Assembly: GCF_006345805.1 (NCBI RefSeq)
Contig: NC_043002.1
Location: forward strand, 49,972,001 to 50,036,000
Direction of reading: 5' to 3'
From: Octopus sinensis
Taxonomy: Eukaryota
DNA length: 64,000 nucleotides
The notes beneath the pieces are model-generated. The model made no database searches and was not told where the DNA came from. It was given only the letters and a program-made list of their open reading frames with translations. How positions within the stretch are numbered: position 1 is the stretch's first letter; every line of letters starts with the position of its first letter. The position numbers were made by a program, and so were the translations under genes. Shown piece by piece: positions 12,891-22,789 of this stretch.

Positions 12891-13320
12891 ATAGTTATCG
12901 CCATACTAATATGGCATTCTTATAAAAATAAGAAAAAAGCTGTCCGCTTATTAGCTCCATGAGGCCATCGCCTTAAGTTAGCTATTTGATACACAAACTG
13001 TATCCATATAACCTTCGAACAAGGGAGGTCAGTCGCTCCACACTACTTGACCGGCAGCTACAGACGCGTTTCGGAGTATTGCCCCTTTTCAATGCAGCGT
13101 AGCCAGCCAGTAGGTGTCGCTTCCGACAATCTCTGTTCGATGGTTTTATTTACCTAGTTTCGGTAATAGCTAACTTAAGGCGATGGCCTCATGGAGCTAA
13201 TAAGCGGACAGCTTTTTTCTTATTTTTATAAGAATGCCATATTAGTATGGCGATAACTATTATTTTCCGGGAACGCTGCCGCTGTTCTCTTTTAGAGAGA
13301 CTTAGTAATTTTAATATTTC
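12887..13320 (-). mobile_element. Non-autonomous Penelope-like/retrozyme-like unit 1 (100-bp inverted repeat enclosing a hammerhead)
   Basis: Arms 12887-12986 and 13165-13264 are exact reverse complements; hammerhead fold in the spacer; flanked by (TA)n. Family assignment is inferred from the ribozyme architecture. Confidence 0.7.
13043..13113 (-). ncRNA. Type I hammerhead ribozyme, U3-A8 core variant, palindromic stem III
   Basis: Minus RNA CUACU-GGCUGGC-UAC-GCUGCA-UUGAAAA-GGGG-CAAUA-CUCC-GAA-ACGCGU-C^UGUAGC-U-GCCGGUC-A-AGUAG. Stem I is 6+7+5 bp, stem II 4 bp, GUC cleavage triplet; predicted cut between 13063 and 13062. Folded by eye. Confidence 0.8.
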
Positions 13321-13376
<56 letters not shown>

Positions 13377-13380
<4 letters not shown>

Positions 13381-13850
13381 ATAGTTATCGCCATACTAAT
13401 ATGGCATTCTTATAAAAATAAGAAAAAAGCTGTCCGCTTATTAGCTCCATGAGGCCATCGCCTTAAGTTAGCTATTTGATACACAAACTGTATCCATATA
13501 ACCTTCGAACAAGGGAGGTCAGTCGCTCCACACTACTTGACCGGCAGCTACAGACGCGTTTCGGAGTATTGCCCCTTTTCAATGCAGCGTAGCCAGCCAG
13601 TAGGTGTCGCTTCCGACAATCTCTGTTCGATGGTTTTATTTACCTAGTTTCGGTGGAATACATCCACTTGTTTTCAATAATAGAAATAATAGCTAACTTA
13701 AGGCGATGGCCTCATGGAGCTAATAAGCGGACAGCTTTTTCTATTTTTATAAGAATGCCATATTAGTATGGCGATAACTATTATTTTCCGGGAACGCTGC
13801 CGCTGTTCTCTTTTAGAGAGACTTAGTAATTTTAATATTTCTATTATATA
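13377..13850 (-). mobile_element. Retrozyme-like unit 2 (tandem copy, offset 490 bp, with a 33-bp insertion)
   Basis: Same sequence as unit 1 plus ggaatacatccacttgttttcaataatagaaat before the second arm; arms 13377-13476 and 13688-13785. Confidence 0.7.
13533..13603 (-). ncRNA. Type I hammerhead ribozyme, second copy identical to 13043-13113
   Basis: Identical 71-nt sequence at +490. Confidence 0.8.
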
Positions 13851-13906
<56 letters not shown>

Positions 13907-13938
13907 TATAATACACACATACATGTATGTATATGTGC

Positions 13939-14721
13939 ATATACAAAAGTCAATGTCTTTATGTGTGTTCGTGTGTTACTTATACATTCGAAAACTATTG
14001 CACCAATCCTAATGAAATTTGGAACACAAAATCCAAGCCTAGGGAGAAGGGTAATGCTGTGTGTTTCATATAATTTCATGGACCAAAATTACTGAATGGA
14101 TCCTTATGATATTTGGAACTTAGATTCAATGCATTAGGGTGGGTATAATGCAGTATGTTTGGTTTGAATTTGAGATGCCTTAAAGGGGGCAGAATCCCCA
14201 TGAAAATCCATAAATTTCCGATGTTGAGGAAATTTTAACCATGGGTAATTGACACACATCAAGAAGTATTCTCAAAGTTTCCCACTTCTCATGATGATGA
14301 TTCTGAGACCCCCTAATGGGGTCCTTAACTCGCAAATTTTAGTCATTTTTTATGATCCAAAACTAGGTCAAAAGTACTGAATGGATCTTTATGAAATTTG
14401 GAAATTATATTCTAAGCATAAGGGCCATAACCCCCATGACAATTCGTATATTTTTGCTGTTGACGAAATTTTTCAGGAGCAAAATCCTTTTAACAGGTTC
14501 CATAAGACTGGAATTTTCGAATCTGCGCATAAAGATCAGTAGTATGGGATACATGTGTCATGATTAGAAATTTTTTAGGGTGTGTAAAGAGGGAGAGAAC
14601 CCTCTTCTGCAATTTTGATGACATTCGAATCGTAAGTATTCCAGTTCATTAGAGAAAATATAACAAAAGTTTAATTCTTCAATTGCATGTAACACTAGCA
14701 ACGCCGGGTATCTCTGCTAGT
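13939..14721 (+). mobile_element. Non-autonomous Helitron-like element
   Basis: 3' end actagcaacgccgggtatctctgctagt (hairpin ending in CTAG-T at 14717-14721). Three internal subrepeats of the type aaaactattgcaccaatcctaatgaaatttgg / tactgaatggatc.ttatga.atttgg at about 13990, 14085 and 14370. The 5' end is uncertain; it may be the TC at 13850. Confidence 0.65.
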
Positions 14722-15922
14722 AATAAGATAAATATGAACAATATATATTCAGTACTTCGCGGGGGTGGTTGGTAACGTAAAACCCGCGATAGTCGAAGGA
14801 TTACTCTGCGCACGCACGCACACACACAATATGAGAGAGTTTTCTTTTACATTTGAGTCTGCGAGCTAGCGGAATCGTCAACGCTCCGGATAAAATGCTT
14901 AGCGGCGTTTCGTTCGATGAAATCGACTAGCCTACTCCCAGAAAATTTCAGCCTTTGTGCCTATAGTAGAAAGGATTATTTGTGTTATTTCACCTTTATT
15001 AATGAACGTGTTCTTTTTTTTTTCTTTCCTGTTAAGGTATATTATATACACTTTTGTATATATAGCTACCCTTTTTTTAGTGTTTTCTGTTCTAATTTTT
15101 TTATTTCCCGTACATTGTCCATGTTTCATTTTATTTTTAGCTCCTACATCGTAATTACGGCAACAAACGCGGCTGGGGGGTTGACTGATCTGCTCGCGAA
15201 TTCATTGATAAAGTCGTTTTTTTTTGTTGTTTTCTTTTTTATTTAGGTTTTTAATTTTCTTTCTTTCCTTCCTTTCTTTATGAATGAACGTAATGCGATT
15301 ATCTGCCCTTGATACACACACACACACACAAATTACGTTTACGTTAATACTTGTTTTCCTTTCCCCCCTTTTCTCGCCCAGCTCTTCCGCATTCGTTATC
15401 CATACATAAACACACGCTCGCTCATGCGCACATTGTTTACTTTTCACACACACACACACACCGACTCATTCGCTCGCGTGCTCACAGAGCCTCTTTACTT
15501 TTTTGTCGGTGACAACCCTCCAGAGGCTTTTATATTTATATTTTCAATAACAGGGGTGAGGTGCGTATTGCAGTGTGTGTCTTCGCTAGTCGTGGCATTT
15601 GTTCAACACCTAAATGGTATTTTCCTAACAAGTTGTAATTACTTGTTTCGTGAAAAATGAAAATACAAGTGCGTTCACGAACACACACACACACACACAC
15701 CATGTAAAATGTGTGATATCTATCGACTTTGTGCCTGGTTTCTTTGGGATGTTTAAAAGACAAGTACAATAGAACTAGTTATTTGTGGCTACTAAAAATG
15801 AGGGCACAGGGAACAGTTGGTAGCTATATATATATAGTATATATATAGTACTTAACTACACAAATATATATACACGTGCGCAAATTCATTTCTCTGTCTC
15901 CCCGCTCTAGATTATAAAACAA

Positions 15923-15956
<34 letters not shown>

Positions 15957-16009
15957 TGAGTGTATTTGTGTGTGTGTGTATATATATATACAGAGAGAGA
16001 GAGAGAAAA

Positions 16010-16167
16010 ATATGTCTATTTCCTTGGTTTTGTGTTTATGTTTTCGTTTCTCATTGTGTTCGACGCTTTTTGGTGTCCTGTACCCATATATGCGTGTATA
16101 TATACATGTAGATGTAGGTACGTACATATATGTATGTATGTGTGCATATGTTTTATTTATTAATTTG

Positions 16168-16202
<35 letters not shown>

Positions 16203-16340
16203 AAAGTAAAAAAATATACAAACTGGGACAAGAACGTGAAACATTTAGAAGACGACACAAAAAACACGGACGGGACATTCGAAGCCCTCAATCATCAGTC
16301 AAGAACCGGATCATCTTCGCAATTTCGGCTGATTAATATA
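16010..16340. mobile_element. Two short pieces of interspersed repeat (Penelope-LTR-like) around a (TA)n tract
   Basis: Minus 16085-16010 (gtacaggacacca...gaaac.aaaac) is homologous to 52718-52790 on plus; it also shares the flanking tacgtacctacatctacatg segment. The Penelope assignment is weak. Confidence 0.4.
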
Positions 16341-16606
16341 AATATATATATTGCTTGGTAAAATAAAGCATTAATTGGCAAGAGTTAGAAAGTGACTCCG
16401 AAAGTTTCATGTATGCGCAAAACTCTCGACCCTTTGGTCCCTTTTGCAACTTCTCCCTGAATATATGCATTTTTTGTGCATAATACCTCTGCATTTGTCC
16501 CTCTGTGTGTGTGTATGTATGTATGAATGTATCTATCTGTATGTCTATATATCATATACATATGTATATATACATGTTTATCTGTGTATATATATATAAT
16601 TATCAA

Positions 16607-17098
16607 TAATAAAGGGTGGAATTAATTAATTAAGAAATACTCATTAATTTCACCAAGTAGAGTTCAGCATGTAAAAGCCCCATTCAAGGAAGGTTTAAGT
16701 AATACTAAGTAATTAAGGGTTTAGCAACGATTTGCCTCACCCCACACCGAATTTAGAAATAGCAGTCAAAAAGAATAGCCAAGACTTTTTGACTGCTATT
16801 TCTAAATTCGGTGTGTGGTGAGGCAAATCGTTGCTAAACCTTAATTACTTACTTATATATATATATATATATATATATGCACGCACATATATATTGACTG
16901 CTATTTCTAATTTTTTCGGTATGTGGCTAAGCAACCTGTTGCCTGTCCCTTTTTATTTATCTACAAATATATATAGAACTTTTTTAAAAAAAAAAGCCCC
17001 TACCGATAATGGTTATATTTACATACCGAAATCTACCCGTAAATAATTGTTGTTGTTTTTTTTTAAACTATTAATTATTTACCCTTATATTATTAATA

Positions 17099-17100
<2 letters not shown>
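16607..17100. mobile_element. Cluster of terminal fragments of the same family as the 51-52 kb element, including a 66-bp hairpin
   Basis: Shares aattaattaatt...atttcac.aag...gttcag...ccattcaagg and tttgcc.ca.ac.gaa...agaaatagcag with 51556-51710 and 24908-24990. Inverted arms at 16707-16773 and 16785-16850. Confidence 0.65.
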
Positions 17101-17162
<62 letters not shown>

Positions 17163-17359
17163 GGAATTTAGAAAAAAAAAAAAGACGAAGACAGGTATGT
17201 ACACACAAAGTTTATATTTTTATAACATACATGTGCACACATATTTGTAATTGTTTCAATTCGTTAAATAATATTTGACGTTCGGTGTCAATAATAATAA
17301 TAATAATAAAAATATCATCTTTCCTCCTCTCTCGATCACTTCAATGCCTGTTGATTTTG

Positions 17360-17420
17360 TGATAACTGGGCGTGGCCTTTGTGAGATTTGTAGTCGTTTT
17401 AGTACACAGGAGGCGGAGAT
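17360..17420. promoter_or_regulatory. Candidate promoter motif cluster (GC boxes and an ACTACA-type motif)
   Basis: gggcgtggc 17368-17376, tgagatttgtagtc 17382-17395 (reverse gactacaaatctca), ggaggcggag 17409-17418, in unique CpG-retaining sequence. No transcript evidence. Confidence 0.25.
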
Positions 17421-17818
17421 TTACAAGTCGTAGTAGGAATGGTTGTAGAGTGTGGTGGTGGTAGCAGCAACTATGTGGAGTCACTTGTAGATGTTTCGTT
17501 TATTATTATGTATATTTGTAAACCCTCGCTCCATTTGTGTTTCAGCAAACCTTTTCACTTTTTTTTTCGGTTTTCTCTCCCCCCTCTCTCTGATTTCAGT
17601 CACACACACACGGGGAAATAGATAAATAAATAGATAGATAGAGAGAGGGGGGATCCACCCCTTTTGGCGTTTGTGTGATGAGCGATATATATTTTTAGGA
17701 AAGTCTTTTGCTGTCTCAAATACTATGGTTTGTCCTTAAAACATATCCAGTGTTTCTAGTGAATTTGTTATTTTCCCTGTTTTGAATTCTTTTCCTATCT
17801 TTGCTTTGCCTGTCTGTC

Positions 17819-17880
<62 letters not shown>

Positions 17881-18179
17881 ACCGTGACCGACCAGATTAT
17901 CAGATGTTGCTACACATCGCTGGTCACAATGCGCTTCGCATTGCTTTAGCCTTCAAATTGCTCCACCCTGCTGGCTAAGCGAGCAGGCCAACAGAAGAAT
18001 GAATGAGAGTAAGTTGTGGCGAAAGAGTACAGCAGGGATCGCCACCACCACTCTGCCGGGACCTCGTGGAGGTTTAGGTGTTTTCGCTCAATAAATGGTC
18101 ACAACGCCCGGTCTGGAAATCGAAACCGCGATCCTACAACCACCACCCTCTGCTTTAATCACTGGGCCATTGCGTCTCC
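17881..18179 (-). mobile_element. tRNA-derived SINE family B with a third type of 3' tail
   Basis: Same head and body as 5887 and 11954; tail ends gatgtgtagcaacatctgataatctggtcggtcacggt. Duplicated at about 21274-21572. Confidence 0.85.
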
Positions 18180-18589
18180 ACACACACACATATACACACA
18201 CGGGCGCAGTCAGTTTCGTGCTCTCGAAATTTTACACTGAGTCTATCGGACCCTACTTCAGGTGTCAAAACTTTACGATTTGCATTTATATATTTGTGGG
18301 CATGTACACGTGCACATGTACATTTTTCGTATATAATGCACATGTATTTGTGTGTGTATGTATGTATGTATCAATATGTGCATATATGTACATATATACA
18401 CGTGTATATGTATATATACATGTGTATATGTATATATGCATGTGTATTTATATGTATATGTGTATAGATATGTATATATGTTTATATGTATATATACATG
18501 CTTATGGGTACATGTATATATACATGCTGTAAATTGTAGCATGTAAAATATTTGGTTAAAAAAATTCTTTGGATAGAAAAAGGTGAAGC

Positions 18590-18790
18590 CTGTTCTTGGC
18601 AAAGAAGTCCACATCTTTACAGGTCCTCCGATATCTGAGCTTTCGTTTAAAGTTTTGCAAGTTCAACACCTGCAGCAAGGGTATGAACCGAGGGCTGATC
18701 TTCAGGGCTGGTGAGATTGAGTGTAGTGGTCAGTGCTTTGTAGAGACGAGAACTAAAGAGACGAGCGGGTTGGCTATACCTGCGTCCAAA
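18590..18790 (-). pseudogene. Possible Penelope-like element fragment (Cys-rich linker preceding GIY-YIG)
   Basis: Minus translation ...GSYPCCRC*TCKTLNESSDIGGPVKMW resembles the GxxPC..C..C...I.GP linker of Penelope/Neptune ORFs. No GIY-YIG motif follows. Confidence 0.35.
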
Positions 18791-19585
18791 TATGTACAAG
18801 ACCAGCCTATTAGTCTTGAATCTACAAGAGACTTGTACATTGTATTCATACAACATAAATTTGTCTGTCTGTCTGTCTCTCTCTGACTGCGCCCATGATG
18901 GAGCACCACCTTAAAAGATTTTTGTAGTTGAAGAACTCAACCATAGGACTTGTTCTTTGTAAGTAAGCTTAGTACTCATTCTATCGGTCACTTTTGCTGA
19001 ACCGGTAAGTTAGATGGAAGTAAGCACAGTAATATCAGTTGTCAAGCATTGGTGGGGGGCACAAATGAAGACACATTCATATACAATGGACTTCTTTCAG
19101 TTTCCATCTACCTGATCCATTCACAAAGCTTTGGTCAACCCAAGGTGCCAGGTAGTGGGTTTGAACCTGGAACAGTATGGTTGGGGAGCAAGCTTCTTAC
19201 CACACAACCATGCTGTATCTATGTCTATATCTATCTATCTATCTATCTAAATATATATATATACACACACACACACACATACATAGATATTTGTGTATGT
19301 CGTCGTTGTTTTAATGTCTTCTTTTCCATGCTTGCCTGTGTCAGGTGGAATTCCTTAATTTGTTGAGATAGTATCTTCTGTGGCTGAACGCCCTTTTGCT
19401 AACTTTCACTGATGTTTTCATGGAAGGTTGTGAAGGAGTGACACTGCAAGTATGAGAATGACACTCATTTACAACTATCGGGTGATGGAAAGATAAGTAT
19501 GTACAACATCTCTGTGTGACCATCTACTTATGAATGCTGTACCACAGTAAGTCAAATGTGTGTTAACATTTGCAGTAATGCATTC

Positions 19586-19792
19586 AGAGCTTTCTCTGTC
19601 CGGGTTGCGGATCTGTGGAACAAGCTGCCAGACGAGATGGTGAAGATGCCGACGACCGCTTTGTTCAAAGCCTCCCTGGACCTCAAGTGGCCTGAACTCT
19701 TTACATGAACACCACCCTGTACTTAACTCCATGTCCCCCTACATGGCCTTGCTATTTGCTTTTGAGCCAAATTAACTAACTAACTAACTAAC
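19586..19792 (+). mobile_element. 5'-truncated CR1-clade LINE 3' end, young
   Basis: Uninterrupted RAFSVRVADLWNKLPDEMVKMPTTALFKASLDLKWPELFT* (19586-19708), matching the CR1 FSxRVxxxWNxLP...FKxxLD motif; short 3' UTR and (CTAA)n tail; CpGs intact. Confidence 0.85.
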
Positions 19793-19982
19793 ATGATGGT
19801 AGGAGTGCATTAAGCCTCAATCTTCAGCCCTCTTTTATTCATCACAATCTTACAGGCAGTGACAGAGGAAGTTTAAGATTGATTGTTCATCTACAGTGGA
19901 ATTAGAAGTAAATTCCAGGCATGGATGGTAAAGCGGGAATCAAGAGGCCTCAAGGTAAATCTAGCAATGTAATATTTACCTT

Positions 19983-20128
19983 GAAGACTAGCCTTGATAC
20001 ACTGCTCTCTTCACATAAAATGTGTCACCGAAATCGTTGACTCTTCATCTTTATAATTTACTTTCTGCACCCTTGTACATAGCTTGCACACCTCTCACAA
20101 GTCATTCATCTACACGCCACTTCCTCAA
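19983..20128 (-). pseudogene. RTE-clade RT-domain fragment
   Basis: Minus LRKWRVDE*LVRGVQAMYKGAESK...VYQG*, compared with RTE LRKLGVxEWLVRAVQxMY...GVHQGS. Confidence 0.6.
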
Positions 20129-22290
20129 TATATATATATATATATATATATATATCATCAGCATCGTTTAACGTCCGTTTTCCATGCTAGCATGGGTTGG
20201 ACGGTTCGACGGGGTCTGGGGAGCCAGAAGGCTGTACCAGGCTCCAGTATGATCTGGTAGAGTTTCTACAGCTGGATGACCTTCCTAATGCCAACCACTC
20301 CGTGAGTGTAGTGGGTGCTTTTTACGTGCCACCAGCACAAATGCCAGGCGTGGCTGGCAACAGCCATGATCGGTTGGTGCTTTTTTCGTGCCACCGGCAC
20401 GGAAGCCAGTCAAGGGAGCGCTAGCATATATATATGTATATAAATAAATATACATGTAAATGTGTATGTGTGTAGTATGGCTGTATGACAGAGGTTTGCC
20501 TCAATAATATAGTGTTGGGTTCAGTCCCACTGCCCAGTACCTTCGGTAAAAGTCTTCTGCTATAACCTTACAATAACCAAAGTGTTTTGAGTGGAGTGTA
20601 ACTTAAAGAAGCCTGTTGTGTGCATTCCTTTGTCTTGATGCCACACAATAGTTCTAATCAAATGTCACCATTATGCTACAGGTGTTTGTTTCCTGTTATT
20701 AGTGAAGAATTATCAACCCAGGCAAAATACTTTTATAAGTCCTTTATCAGTACACCAGGCTAACAATGTTGTTTAAATTAGCAAAGAACTCTGTATAATC
20801 TTGTGGCAGAATCTGGTGTTAAAATTCACCACCATTCTATATATCGTATGTATGTATGTATATGTATCACAATCATCCTTTAACATCAGTTTTCCTTGGT
20901 GACGTGGGTTGGACATATGTTTATATACGTATATGTATATATATGTGGTGTGTATGTGTGAACACACACACATGTACATATACATTTATATGTATATACA
21001 TATGTATATATATATTTATATGTATATATATACGTGTATGTATATATATATGTAAATAAACATATATACATATGTATATGTATATATTTATATTTATATG
21101 TATTTATATTTTTTTTCCTATATGTAGATATATATATATATATATATGGGTACACATAAGTTCATGCTTATACTTACATATCTGAGTATCTATATACTTG
21201 TACATCTGTATATTTATATATATATATACACATGCGTATATTTAGTGTATATATATATATATATGTATATATCACCGTGACCGACCAGATTATCAGATGT
21301 TGCTACACATCGCTGGTCACAATGCGCTTCGCATTGCTTTAGCCTTCAAATTGCTCCACCCTGCTGGCTAAGCGAGCAGGCCAACAGAAGAATGAATGAG
21401 AGTAAGTTGTGGCGAAAGAGTACAGCAGGGATCGCCACCACCACTCTGCCGGGACCTCGTGGAGGTTTGGTGTTTTTCGCTCAATAAATGGTCACAACGC
21501 CCGGTCTGGAAATCGAAACCGCGATCCTACAACCACCACCCTCTGCTTTAATCACTGGGCCATTGCGTCTCCACACACCACATATACACACACGGGCGCA
21601 GTCATTTCGTGCTCTCGAAATTTACACTGAGTCTATCGGACCCTACTCAGGTTCAAAACTTACGATTTGCATTTATATATTTGTGGGCATGTACACGTGC
21701 ACATGTACATTTTTCGTATATAATGCACATGTATTGTGTGTGTATTATGTAGTATCAATATGTGCTATATGTACATATATACACGTGTATATGTATATAT
21801 ACATGTGTATATGTATATATGCATGTGTATTTTATATGTATATGTGTGTATAGATATGTATATATTTGTTTATATGTATATATACATGCTTATGGGTACA
21901 TGTATATATACATGCTGTAAATTGTAGCATGTAAAATATTTGGTTAAAAAAATTCTTTGATAGAAAAAGGTGAAGCCTGTTCTTGGCAAAGAAGTCCACA
22001 TCTTTACAGGTCCTCCGATATCTGAGCTTTCGTTTAAAGTTTTGCAAGTTCAACACCTGCAGCAAGGTGGACATCCAATATGCTAGAAGAAGATCACATA
22101 CTATCTAACTACAAAGAAAAGAATGTTCTCTAGAGAAATTCAGCAAACACCATTTTATATATATATATATATATATAAATTTCAGATTACAATGAACGTA
22201 AACAAACAAAGTTTGCTTTAAAAGTATTGAGATATCTTAGAAAATTAAAGAAGTGATCTTAAATTCTCAAACACAGGGTAATTTTAACAA

Positions 22291-22398
22291 TATAGCCTGA
22301 ACAGGATAAGGTATCCCTATTTTGCAGAAAAAAGCGTTGGCAGCCAGCTACACCTATTTTTCTGCAAAATAGGGGTAGCTTATGCTGTTCAGGCTATA
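22291..22398. repeat. Inverted repeat, about 42-bp arms, 24-nt loop
   Basis: tatagcctgaacag...ccctattttgcagaaaaa / tttttctgcaaaataggg...ctgttcaggctata, abutting (TA)n. Confidence 0.85.
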
Positions 22399-22789
22399 TA
22401 TATATATGTATGTATATAGATTCATAAAATAAATCATAAAATGTGTATCTTGAGGTAGATACAGCTATAAATAGTAGTATGTAATATATTGTCTTTGAAA
22501 ACCTCTTGGAAAATAAACAAAAGCTGAGAGCTCTTTGTGAGATTGGAACCTGGATCCTCTGTACCCGTAACAGAGGTACCAACTGTTGGACTAGAACAAT
22601 GTATATATGCCTATGACTGTATGTTTACTGTTATCGGTACATATACATATATATATGTGTTTGTGTAAATCTATATATATTTGCATGTATGCATATATAT
22701 ATATATATACATTTGTGTGAACAAATAACAAATATACACAAATTATTCATATCTGAAGACCTGTTGAGGCAAGTGAAAATCAAATCAAA

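Larger units (their letters stand above)
17880..22067. repeat. Dispersed duplication of about 800 bp (17880-18680 and 21273-22067)
   Basis: Co-linear from caccgtgaccgacc to cacctgcagcaagg; differences are mostly 1-2 bp indels. Confidence 0.9.

Noticed and set aside
16268-16305. Minus CUGAUGA...GAAU hammerhead-like motif
   Set aside because: A15.1 is missing, stem II is poor and there is no stem I pairing; at most a decayed relic.
18225-18270. Minus acac-CUGAAGUA-GGGUCC-GAUA-gacUC-agugu hammerhead-like vestige
   Set aside because: Insertion in the core, GAUA instead of GAAA and a broken first stem I pair; not a credible active ribozyme.
18578-18680. Possible plus-strand exon ag|AAAAAGGTGAAG...CAGCAAGG|gtatga encoding KKVKPVLGKEVHIFTGPPISELSFKVLQVQHLQQG
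   Set aside because: Weak polypyrimidine tract, no recognised protein and no partner exons; the opposite strand fits a Penelope linker at least as well.
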